A model generated the notes under the pieces. It saw nothing but the letters and a program-made list of their open reading frames with translations. It had not been told where the DNA came from and made no database searches. The position numbers were made by a program, and so were the translations under genes. A DNA stretch of 63,529 nucleotides, filler included, from Octopus bimaculoides (Eukaryota), in NCBI RefSeq assembly GCF_001194135.2. It is 6 parts of 5 records of this genome, joined end to end, with 100 filler letters (N's around TTAATTAATTAA, not from the genome) between each part and the next. Parts side by side here need not be neighbours in the genome. Positions count along the whole stretch, not along the records: positions 18,894 to 44,839 come from NC_068984.1; 5 more parts are not named here. One strand, 5' to 3'. Of this stretch, positions 25,726 through 37,239 are shown piece after piece; within the stretch, counting starts at the first letter, position 1; each line of letters starts with the position of its first letter.

Positions 25726-28700
25726 TCATATATATGTTTATATGTGTATGTATGTATGTATGTATGTATGTATGATAGCCATGTATTGGTTAGTTTCAGT
25801 AATGTTATTGTAAATCCACCCCAACCCCGATAGAACATAATGATTTCAAAGCTGACTTTTGAGTGACAACCTCTGGATATACTTTCGCCTAAATGGTAAT
25901 TTTAACCCATACAACAAAGATATTTTCCAAGAGTGGACATGCCATTTTACGAATTTAGTAATAAAATTGTACTTATTTAATAGACTACGGAAGTATGAAA
26001 CAGTTTTACCTTCGGCAATCATTCAAGTTGAAAATGTTAAAGATTGCCAAGATATATTTCCTCTAGTTACATTACAAATTACTCTGCCAATATTCAAGGA
26101 GCACACTTTTTGTAATTCAACAACACCACAAACAGTAGCATATGCATTCATGACTTTATTCAACAAAATATTATAATTTAATCTCAATGTATATCCCGAA
26201 AGGAAACATAAAAATAGAATCATGAGTACAGAGTAGCAGTAGCCAACCTCAAGAGAACCAAGATAAACTGAAATAAAATCCATCAGAATCAGATAGCTGA
26301 CAGAAAAGGCAGCATAAATAAATAAATAATATGACAAAAACGCCAATAATAATAATAATCCTTTTTACTTAAGGCACAAGGCCTGAAAATTTGGGGCAGG
26401 GATCCAGTCGATCGCATCGACTCCACCTGTTTCAGTAGGTGTGAGAATTCTTCTGTTCTGCTGCCAGGTTTAGTTGTTCGAAGTTTCATGTGTGCGAAGA
26501 AACTACGAAGATAAGCTGGTTGAGCTGATCATCCTGCCCCGGCAATTTCTCCCTCATGCATTTCGTCAGCAGTGTTATCTGTTTTTCAGAGAACTCCGCA
26601 TCCTTATTTGAAAACTGCGGCAGACCTTTGTGATGGACGGTCAAGCCCACTTCCCATTACATCCCAAAGAGTTTATCGAATAGCAATTAAAAGTCAATTG
26701 GAATAGAATAGTTCGTCGAATTTTGGCTTTGTTCTCACTTTGCGCATCCAAAGCTCATCAAATGGTTTTCCTTCGTCATATCTGATAACGTAACTATCGT
26801 GCTTAGCGGTGAACTATCGGTCAAGGGCCCATCTCTCCGTCACCACATTAGTCGTAATTCCTTTCCGAAGTATCTCTTCTTGCTTACTAACTAGTTCTTC
26901 CTCTGCTATCGATATCTCATTCATTATTTCCATACTAAATCCTATTGAGTCTACTCAAATGGCGCTTTTCAAGTCTAACCATACTCGGTTGTTAGTTATT
27001 ATCCTCGTCAACTCCCTATTAACTAGTTCTATAATCTAGTCTCTGTAAACTTGATGCGACGCAAAAGACGCTTTTTGTTTCCAGTAACCGAGCCTCTATG
27101 TACGGTGGATACGATCTGGGTTGCCCGGTTGCAATATCTTCAAGCATTTATACTGCTCTCCATGTGATTCAATACTTGTCGAAACATTTAATACGTTCCT
27201 CAAACATGAAATAACTGGGATGGTGCATCTGAGGGTTGTACCTCGCTCATTCAACCGTCATATTATAAGGCTGAACGGTAATGAATGACCTGGTGTACGC
27301 AACAACAACTATAACCCTGCTCAGTATAAATAGTAAAAATAGTAAATATATAACACTATATTTTATGAATCGTAATACAAGCGCATATTTTCCCGTGTTT
27401 AAAAGTGTATGACTGCGAATGTGTGCAGTCAGTTCATTAGCTTCTGTAAACTGTCGTATTAAATAGCATAATGAAATCCAATACGTCACACTACAAATTG
27501 TAGAAAGAAAAATATTAAAAAATATTAGCGTAAATATTAAAGGAAACCTAATTATAGCTGAAAGACATGCAGGAAATATTTTTCTAGATCGAGAATAATT
27601 TAAAATAAAAAAAAAAACGCTAATTTTATTCCATGAAACAATCTGCATTTTAAATTCTGTAGAGAGCGCTGATAAATGTATTCATATTTTATATTTTGAA
27701 TAACATTATTTCATTACGTCAAAGAAGATTACTGGTAAAATAAACGACATATCCTCAGATGAGTTGATTCCACCTCTCAAATTTCAGAGTTTCCTCATTT
27801 CTTAGAATAGCCTATTCACCAATATCCAGTGCTGAACTTTTCTTCTGAATTCCATCTGTCTCTTCTCGCTGACACTATCTCAGTGCACAGCTACTCCGAA
27901 CATTCGACGAATTGAACATGTACGGCCCTGTTCTTTTCAAAACTGTGCTTGATTACCTTGTCGATTTCCTCATTAAATATGTCTATCTTTCTCTAGACAT
28001 ATTTTCCAGCCTCTGGAATGGTCTTATTCTCAGAAAGTCCTGTATGTAATATCCTAACAACTACTGATGCATCGTTCTTATAATAGATATGAGGTAACAA
28101 AACTGCTTCACACATCTACCTTCTACTTTATCTTGAATTTGTTGTGTTTCTCTTCAGTAACAACCTCTTAGAGTTTCAACTAAAATGTAATTATGGAGTC
28201 TTGTTATCCCGTAGTCGCGGTTGCTTACTAACCTTGGCATTAAAAAAACGTACAATAGTGTTTCGCCTCAGAAAGAGCCCCGTTATTGGTTCTATCGCCT
28301 CTCCTCACTCTCATCAATTGCCTGTTCGAGTCTTTTATTGCAGTATCGCGTGTTTGTCTGTTTGTCTGTTTGTTTCTGTCTGCCTCAACAATACTTTGGA
28401 ATAAATATCTGAAGTTGATTTCTAGATACACCTGATTTACCTTAAAAAAACATGCTAATATTTATTTCACGTCTACAACGCGACAAGGGGGTAGAATTTT
28501 TACCACGCCGGGCAAAATGTTTAGCAGTATTTCACCCGTCTTTACATTCTGAGTTCAAATTCCATCGAGGTCAACCTGACCTGTCGTCCTTTCGACAAAA
28601 ATACTTATCAGTTGGATACAGGACTTGATGTAATCAACTTACCCACTCCCTCGAGATGCTGGCCGTGTGCCCAAATCTGAAATGAATACTGGTTTCACGT

Positions 28701-29084
28701 TTAATCGTGTACAATATTCGCAGTTCTACTTCGTAATTCATTCATTCCTATTTCAGCATGTAGGGTAAAGTATGTAAGGCTCTAAAGAGATCTAATTATT
28801 GAGAACCATGTTCGCACATGTAGAGATGAAATATTAGGGAGTTGTATTTGTCTAGCAAGTGATTTGACCTGTTACCTTATAAAGACCTAACGTAACTTTT
28901 TCTGAGATGGAGCATTTAATAGTACACAAGAGTTGCTAAATTGCTATTAGATAAAAATTTACTTATGCCAAAATCCTCGTAGCACAACTTCAGTTTTTTT
29001 TTTTACTTTGTTTCCTTCCAGTTAAATAATATCAGTTTTTGAACTGTTTTTTCATCAGTAACAATAAAAGCTCATATTATGTTG

Positions 29085-29350
29085 TGCATTCCAGAAGTCT
29101 TAAGGCATTTTCCTTCAAAGTAGGATCCTCTGACGCCAGCTCACTTGTCGCAAGGTTCAAGCCATTTGAAGGCCCCATGGAAGTCCTCCAATAGGAAGAT
29201 GTCAAGGACCCATGTTATATCCTCCATCTTCCCATTGTTTTCAAAACGACTGCCTCTGAGGTACTCTCTCAGCTTCAAGAACAGCCAAAACTCACAGAGG
29301 CAAGGTCTGGATTGTTGGGCGAGTGAGGGATAATTTTGATGCCCATCTCT
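29085..29350 (-). mobile_element. Mariner fragment
   Basis: Minus strand reads NPDLA..EFWLFLKLREYLRGSRFE (degenerate YSPDLAPxD motif). Confidence 0.7.
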
Positions 29351-30474
29351 GTGAAGTAGTTGGTTACTAGATGGAATTGTGACAAGCAGTATTTAGTAGG
29401 TTGTGTATGACAAGCAGCATTGAGTAGAGGTTTTTCATAGTACCGTTACAAACGTCTCCTTTAATCTGGAATAAAAAATATGTTGGTAGTTCATAGTTAG
29501 GACAGTTATAGCTGCTCCTCCTAAAAATGTCTCAAAACTTCTGCAATGCCCTAGTACAAGCAGTTTCTATAGCAACTGTATCGGCTTATGTTTTATTTTC
29601 GTTTTGCTCGTCTTCCTCTCGTCGCCTTTAATGTGTTGCTTCAAAAATTCCCCACAAATTTTTTTCCTAAGCACTTTCTGTACACCTGTAATTAATTATT
29701 CAAATCACCTTGCTGCAAGCTGGAGTTTTTTGCAGTTCTCTGCAGCTATGGACATACCTACAGCTGTTACTCACAGAAAATTAAGTGCGTCGACCATACC
29801 AGTTTCATAAGGGTTCGAAATGCTGCATATACAGCTTGATCTTTTGCTTTATGAATAAAAGTAAAGTACTACGAATTATATTAGGGATGTATGTTCTGTA
29901 TCTTTTTCCACCGTTATTCTTCAAATATATTATGTAAAAAAGTTGGTGATTTTAGCAAAAGTATCAAAACCTAAATGACAGCCTGTATTTAATAAAGACA
30001 CTATTGATTTTTGTGTTGAAATATTTCCAATGTTGTCTCTACATTTTATTCCTCTATTCCCAATAAAATAAGCCAAACAATATATTAAGTAAATATATGT
30101 AAATGAAAAGCAAAATGGCGTTTTATCAGGAAATACTTAATTCAGTCAGCACTGGACGTTACAGTTATATCAGAGTGATCAAAATGATGCGGATCTAAAA
30201 CCTCGTAATATATATGCGAACTGCAAAGCTTTTATAAAAAGGAAGTGTCAACAGTGATATAACATGGTATATAACATCAGTGATATGCACAAAAGTTGCA
30301 TAATTTGTCAGCATGCGTAGAACAAAAAACTAGAGATTTAGGAACCCTAAGAACCCCAGGAAGAGGACCTTATACATCTTCAACGTTGGCGAAATGTGAT
30401 AAACTGGAAATACCTGAAGCAAAAAAAGCCTCATTCTTTTTCACTGACATTGTATATTTCTATATAGTTTAGAG

Positions 30475-30778
30475 CAGTGCGTCTCAAACTATCTCATGTG
30501 GTGTACCAGCAGGTTTTTTTTTTCCAATCTGCCAGAGACCGGTAATATTTCTTAGTAATATTAATTTATACCGGAAACAATATATATAATGAATATAATA
30601 AAAGTTGACAATTTTTAAAAATCTTATATTTATTTTGTAAACAAATAATACAATATTACATACACGCTTTATAAGCATATTATAGTGTTTCTTTCTTCTC
30701 TGAAAACTCACCGCGTACCGGCAGCTGATGGCTCGTGGACCGGCACCGGTCCACGGACCACCACTTTGAGTAGCACTG
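30475..30778. mobile_element. hAT-type MITE with perfect 8-bp TSD GTTTAGAG
   Basis: TIR CAGTGCGTCTCAAA / TTTGAGTAGCACTG; GTTTAGAG at 30467-30474 and 30779-30786. Confidence 0.9.
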
Positions 30779-30786
30779 GTTTAGAG

Positions 30787-31397
30787 CACGGTTCTCAACC
30801 ATTTTTCACCAATGGATACCTTTGATTACTATTTTATTCCGATGGATCCCCATAACTATTCGATGTTTAACCTTTCAACATTTACACCAGCTATATCTGG
30901 CCCAGATATTCAATTTCTTTTATGTTGAAGCTTGCCAGATCCAGCCTCTCGTACTTATCCCTACAGAGTTAATCTAAAAGTAAAAACATCACATCATCAA
31001 AATCTCGAAGTTACAAGATAAACGAGTAATTAAAAAACAAATGTGAATAAATAAACATTACACGTGACAGAGTCATTTGAATGCTAAAGGGTTAAAAACC
31101 AGTTTTATAGATACTTCTTTCAAAATTCGTATTTTGTTTTTCACATGTTCTTGCGTAGGCTTGCAATAGTACTCACTGAGATGTTACGTTTCAGTGGCTG
31201 TAAACATGTTAACTATGTAAAACGTTAGAGAAAGAAACCTGGCTCTTTCTTACAATAAATATATCTTACGCAACATTTTTCATGGACTCTTCAAGTACTC
31301 CTGCAGATCCCCAATTTACTATTTTGCTTGCGTGGACCCCTACCTAAAATCTTATGTGGATCTCTGGGGCCATATGGAACCTACTTGAGAATCATTA
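30787..31397. mobile_element. Older hAT-type MITE flanked by GTTTAGAG, containing a nested piggyBac MITE
   Basis: Degenerate termini CACGGTTCTCAA / TTGAGAATCATTA; GTTTAGAG at 30779-30786 and 31398-31405. Confidence 0.8.
30871..31091. mobile_element. piggyBac-type MITE
   Basis: TTAA-CCTTTCAACATT ... AATGCTAAAGGG-TTAA. Confidence 0.78.
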
Positions 31398-31845
31398 GTT
31401 TAGAGAAACTTTCAGGACGGCTGTTTATTATTAAAATCCTAATGCACAGACAGATATCATATAAAAAAAAAAACTATACAACTTAAATCAATAATGAATT
31501 TAGAAAATATATGAATGATACAAGCATACATAGCCCCGCTCTTAGATAATAAAACTATGTAAAAATGTAAAAAAAACCCCGCATTTTTACAATTATTTCT
31601 ATTATAAATATATATGTTCTTTTGTTGGTAAATTTTTATACTGACTCGTGTTCATATGACATCACTACAAATGCAATGAATTTAAAGTGAAAATTCTCCC
31701 AGTGGATGATTGAATCTCGTATCAATTCATGTTTTGGTGAACATTAATTCTCTGATGTTATATTTAGATATTCAACCTCAGGAAATTAGATTCTATAATA
31801 CATATGTAAATATTGTGATAAAACAATAAACAATAAGCAATAAAC

Positions 31846-31849
31846 AATT

Positions 31850-31903
<54 letters not shown>

Positions 31904-32040
31904 GCACCAGCATCACCACCACCAGCACCACTTCAGTTACTAAAACTATCATTATCAACACTACCACTACTGCTGTTAGTCTAACTACTGTTGTGATTGC
32001 TGCTACAACTAGTACTTCTACTACCACTACCACTACTATG
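31846..32040. repeat. (CTA)n/(CCA)n trinucleotide tract; similar tracts at 21905-22010 and 42425-42490
   Basis: Read directly from the sequence. Confidence 0.9.
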
Positions 32041-32955
32041 ATCCCATTAATAATATCGTTTTGATAACCGTTATAAATGCTTCCCCCGATATCATTGCTG
32101 TATCATTAAAAGAAAGACTACAAGACTATTTGGCATGGCGCCTTACATCTTCCCCCTTCAGCTGGTCTCCCAAAAGCCTATTGTTTGCTCCCTCTCAGCT
32201 CTCGCGCTCTCTCTCTCTCTCACACACAGGTTCCGTCTTCTCTACTGCGTCGACAATAGCATCTGCTCTTCGGATCTATCTAATCTCGTGTACCAACTTC
32301 ACGCAGCCATTTTCAGCTCAATCGCCTTTCTTTTCCTTTCGACACATATATTAGGTTCACACATAAACCCAGCATTATTCTCTTTTCTCACTATTTACTC
32401 TCCAACAACGTCAACCTACTCGAACTCTCTTCAGTAATTTTTCTCCAGTTGAGACAATTATCAATTATCCAAATGGCATGTACACGGAATTGACCTACGA
32501 AGGAAATGAGCACAGGAATGAAATGCCGGCCATGTTAGGATACCGCCTTAAAGGGATTTTAGTCGAAAAATTCCACCCCACTACTTGTTTTTACGTCTGG
32601 TACTTATTCTGTCTTTCTCCTTTACCGAACTACGGTCACTGTAAAGAGACCAACACCCGTTATCAAGCGGTGGTGGGACACAAGCACGAAGATATATGTA
32701 GATGTATCTATACATACATATATATAAACACACACACACACACATACACACACACACACACATACACACAAACACTAACACACATTTTTATATATCACGA
32801 TTGACTTCTAGTTCTTGTCTACTAAATTCACTCACAAGCCTTTGGTTGGGAAACAAGCTTCCTACTTCACATTCACCACATCTGCACACACACACACACA
32901 AACACACACACGCACACACACGCATATATATATACATTCATATAAATATATTTAT

Positions 32956-32992
<37 letters not shown>

Positions 32993-34494
32993 GAGTAATT
33001 CAAATAAACGGATAAAGACGTGTGGTTTGAATGTACAAAAAATATATACATGTATACATTTAAAAAGAGAAGACAGACTTAAAAGTCTCAGATGGTTAAC
33101 AGTGAAGTATATATATAATGATTAAAGTAGTTAGACGCAATTCAAAACCAAGAGGAAACAATTCACCGTCATTAAACACCATAATTATTATATAATTTTT
33201 ACATAACCATTTTACGGATTCAGCCTTTGATTCCTAAGGTAAAAGCTATATCCATATACTGACGGAGTTCAATTTAACTTCACCACCCTCAATGAACTGA
33301 ACATTACTGATGAGCATTAAATTTTATGGGGAGTTAGCACCAATCTAATGCCAGTCAATTGTGGTGGGGAGGTTGTCTCCCCTGTCAGTAAATAGAAAAT
33401 GTGCTTTCTGTGGATAAAAAGTAATTTGACTCTTTTATAGCAATGCTGGTGCTCCCTGCACCTTTCGACACTGTTTAGTGACGGTGAATTATTATATATA
33501 TATATATATAAAAGATAATAAGACTGAAAAAACTACAGAAGGCTTGTGTTACATGGTTAAAGTATATATTTAAATAATGTCAGAAAAATGTTAGAAAAAT
33601 GTTAGAAAAATTTTATAAAATCTTTTTGGTATATAAACATTGTATTTTGAGAAATAACCGGTTTCGTGTTGTCTTTTCAAATTTCTCTACTTCATTTTAA
33701 CCTGTTTGCTCCAGTCTTTTTAATAGAATAAACTTTCTAAGATTACATATTACAAAGAATTAAAGGGGAGTAGGCGTTATACGACCGACACCTGTTTCTG
33801 AGAGCTCGGAGTTACTTCATAATGTAGTTCATCAGCAACAGCCAGTAGTGGAAGCAAAAAGTCATTGTAAAGAGACCAACACCTGTTATCAAGCGGTGGT
33901 GGGACACAAGCACGAAGATATATGTAGATGTATCTATACATACATATATATAAACACACACACACATACACACACACACACACACATACACATACACACA
34001 AACACTAACACACATTTTTATATATCACGATTGACTTCTAGTTCTTGTCTACTAAATTCACTAAATTCACTAAATTCTCGATACATTCACAAAGAATATT
34101 ATATTCTAAACAATGTGATATTAATTAACAACATAAAGTTTATTCAACAGAGAATCATAAATATTTGAACATAATATGTCTGTAAATATGATGAGTGTTT
34201 TAGTAAAATGTTTGATATTTTCTAGGTATTCCTGTTATTGAGTAAAATAGTTTCTTTATTAGTTGTTTGATAATTTTCATATATCACCATTGCTACAAAC
34301 AAGTTGTCATCCGTCTTTGGTTGCAAGTGTATACGTATTTGGGTCTGTGGACGAAGGTTGTTTATCTAGTGTGTGTGTCAATCGATCTCCTTCGTTCTCT
34401 CTCTCACTCCTCCCCTCTCTCTCTTTCGCTCACAGACATATGCACGCACACTCGCATACAGCCATTTTCTTAAATTGCGCACATATATTGTTAC

Positions 34495-34623
34495 TTCAAT
34501 AGTTTGGGATTTTGAAATATCACTGGAATCCAGAAGTATAGCTTCTATGTAATCGCTTTGTTTCCTGACAGTAACAACTAATTTATCCCACCCAACACAG
34601 CACACCATACAGTCTTTCAAAAG
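34495..34623 (-). CDS. Candidate internal exon of an unknown gene (LLKDCMVCCVGWDKLVVTVRKQSDYIEAILLDSSDISKSQTIE)
   Basis: Acceptor taatttttcag, donor GAA|gtaaca, 129 nt open in phase 0-0, non-repetitive; no recognised homology. Confidence 0.3.
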
Positions 34624-36929
34624 CTGAAAAATTAGCCTTAAAGTAAAATAAAATGGTTGTTGTCGGAAAATCTTGGATCATAGATCTGCTTAAGCCCAAA
34701 TAACCTAGGAGTCAAATTACAAACAACAAAAAGAACTAGAATGTGTAGCGTTAAACAGTTGAATTGCTGTCTACGTTGCATTTCATTCGTTGTTATATTT
34801 AGTCGTTTCCTAAGTCGTAAACGTAGTATTTTTCACATGTAATTTGCATCTAGTGGACGTCAAAGAATTTTTTTAAAAAATGTAATTTTCATAGGAGCAC
34901 AAAAGGTGAAATTATTGCCCAATACATAAAACTATAAATTCTTCACCGAGATTAATCGGGGGATTACTGTTGAGGTGTTCATAAAATGAATAAAATGAAA
35001 ACTAAAAAGACATATTTTCTAAATATATCTTGTGGGTTGCAGAAGTGTTAAATTTTATTCTCAAATTCAATTTTCACATGCGTCCTTTCTAAGTGGAAGC
35101 TAAAACAGTGACATCATAATGATTAACAACAAACGCAGTAGCAGAACGAACCATACAAGTAAAAACAGATGCAAACTAAAGCTTGAAGTCACACATAAAC
35201 ACACAATGAATAGAAGCAATAAAATCTCCCGAAACCACAAGAAAAGTAACAGCGCTGACGGCATATGCATGACGAGTAAAACTTTAGTTATAGTGTAGCA
35301 CTATAAAATATTTTTTCTTTAGAAAAGAAGAGAAATTCAAGAATTACGAGATTAAGATGAATGGTTATTTTGGTGACTTGTTAGGCTGACGTTACACGTT
35401 GTTGAACATAAATTGCATATATGTGAAAAAAGAAGACATATATCACACCTTGTAGAATTAAAGTTTGGTTACGCTTGCGGAATGTAAGTTGCATAAATGC
35501 AATTGAGGTATGAAGACAGTGATGTGTTATTTTACTGTAAAAAAAAAGCAATAGAAGTAAAAGAAATGAAATAAAACTCGCAGTAAATATGCAACAACGT
35601 GCATCTGATAATGAATCATTTCAAAGGCAGAAGAGGTAAAGCGTTGTCGGAAATAGAACCATAACAGTAAGTGTTGAAAAATAAAATAAGCCAAAAAGAG
35701 AAAAGCGAAAACAAGAGGTAAATAATATTATGTAAGAAAATAGAAATGGAAATTAAAAGTATTCTGTTTTGATTTCAAACTATGTACTGTATTCAGTCAG
35801 AATGTTATTGCAGTTTTCTTTCTTTGAGACAAGAAAATATCTAATTGCCAATTTAAACACGAAGATAAGATTTTCTATGAGCATGAGGATAGTTAAAAGT
35901 TATTTGTGGACATCTAGAGCCGTTGCCTGGTATCTGCTTCTAGGGATTCTGTTAAGCGTTGAGTCTGATAAATGCAGGTCTTAGGTATATAAATAAGCAA
36001 GAAAAATACCAAACCACTACTAGCACACAACATATTCAGAGGAAAAAAAGGAAAAGAATCATACATGCATACATAATAGCGAGAAAGGGATAATGAAGAA
36101 TAAACCTTAATATTTTACTGGTATTTTGTGAACATGAAAGCAAAATTAACAACTGAGAGATTCGTATGGACTGTACGAAAACGCGGAACAAATTTTGCAA
36201 GGCATTCTGTTTCATGCTCGAGCGAATCTGGCAAGCACTGTCTTTCAATTTATGCTCAAGACCAAATGAATAATTTATATTTCAATAGGCAGTTGAACAG
36301 TCGCAGACAGTGAAAGCTAACTCAGTGTCTTATTTTGAAGTTGAATATTATTCTCCTCTCGAGATACCCTAACCAGTCGGTCATGTATAGAGGAAACAGT
36401 CTCATCTCTACGTCTACGTGCATATTCAGACATTTGATTCAGTCGCTTTTCCCTGATTTCCCTGATTCAGTTGCCCGTCTTTCTCTCTGCCGTCGTGCCT
36501 TAGCTGCTAAATGTTCTTTTGTAGTAGCATATTTTTTGGGACGCCCTATGTTGAATTGCAGATTTATTATGTGATATTTGTGTAACAACGAAATCAAACC
36601 TGGAGTTTGTGTGCGTGTGTTTATATTGTAGAGTTTACTCTATATACGTAATGTAAAAAAAAATATTTATTGAATGAATTAATGTTATTACATAAATGTG
36701 TCATGTGTTGATGGAGTATTGTAGATATGTAAGCACTAAATACAATGTAAACTGTAGATCCAACTCAATCAGGGCTGATTCTACGTGTGGTATATGTATA
36801 AAAAAGAACACAAACGGGATTAAAATTTACAAGTGCTGTTTCGGAAGGAATTTTGGTTGTATTCATGAATTATATCATAGCATATCATCCAGTATTTTCA
36901 AGTAAAATTTAACCAAATTTAACAGGTGT

Positions 36930-37014
36930 GATAAAACAGTGATGATGACAAATCCAACCAAAATGTTGTATAACTTAAAATGTTGACCGGATTTATCATC
37001 ATGCAGGTTTCATC
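36930..37014 (-). ncRNA. Candidate pri-miRNA-like hairpin (alternative: plus-strand C/D-box snoRNA)
   Basis: 36942-36961 pairs with 36983-37002 (20 contiguous bp on the minus strand including 4 G.U); 36930-36937 pairs with 37007-37014; all five A.C oppositions on plus become G.U on minus. Confidence 0.45.
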
Positions 37015-37185
37015 TGATCTGTGTATACCCATTAAAATTTTACTTGAAGACGGTGTGTTATATGCTATGTTGTATGTGTGCATTTATGTATGTATACATA
37101 TATATATATGCAAAAATATATATAAATATATATATATATGTATACATACATAAATACACACACATACATACACATACACGCACAA

Positions 37186-37239
<54 letters not shown>

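Noticed and set aside
27150-27225. HPSYFMFEERIKCFDKY resembling the start of a BIR (IAP) repeat
   Set aside because: Downstream CxxC..H..C zinc ligands and the GF/GD motif are not recoverable in any frame
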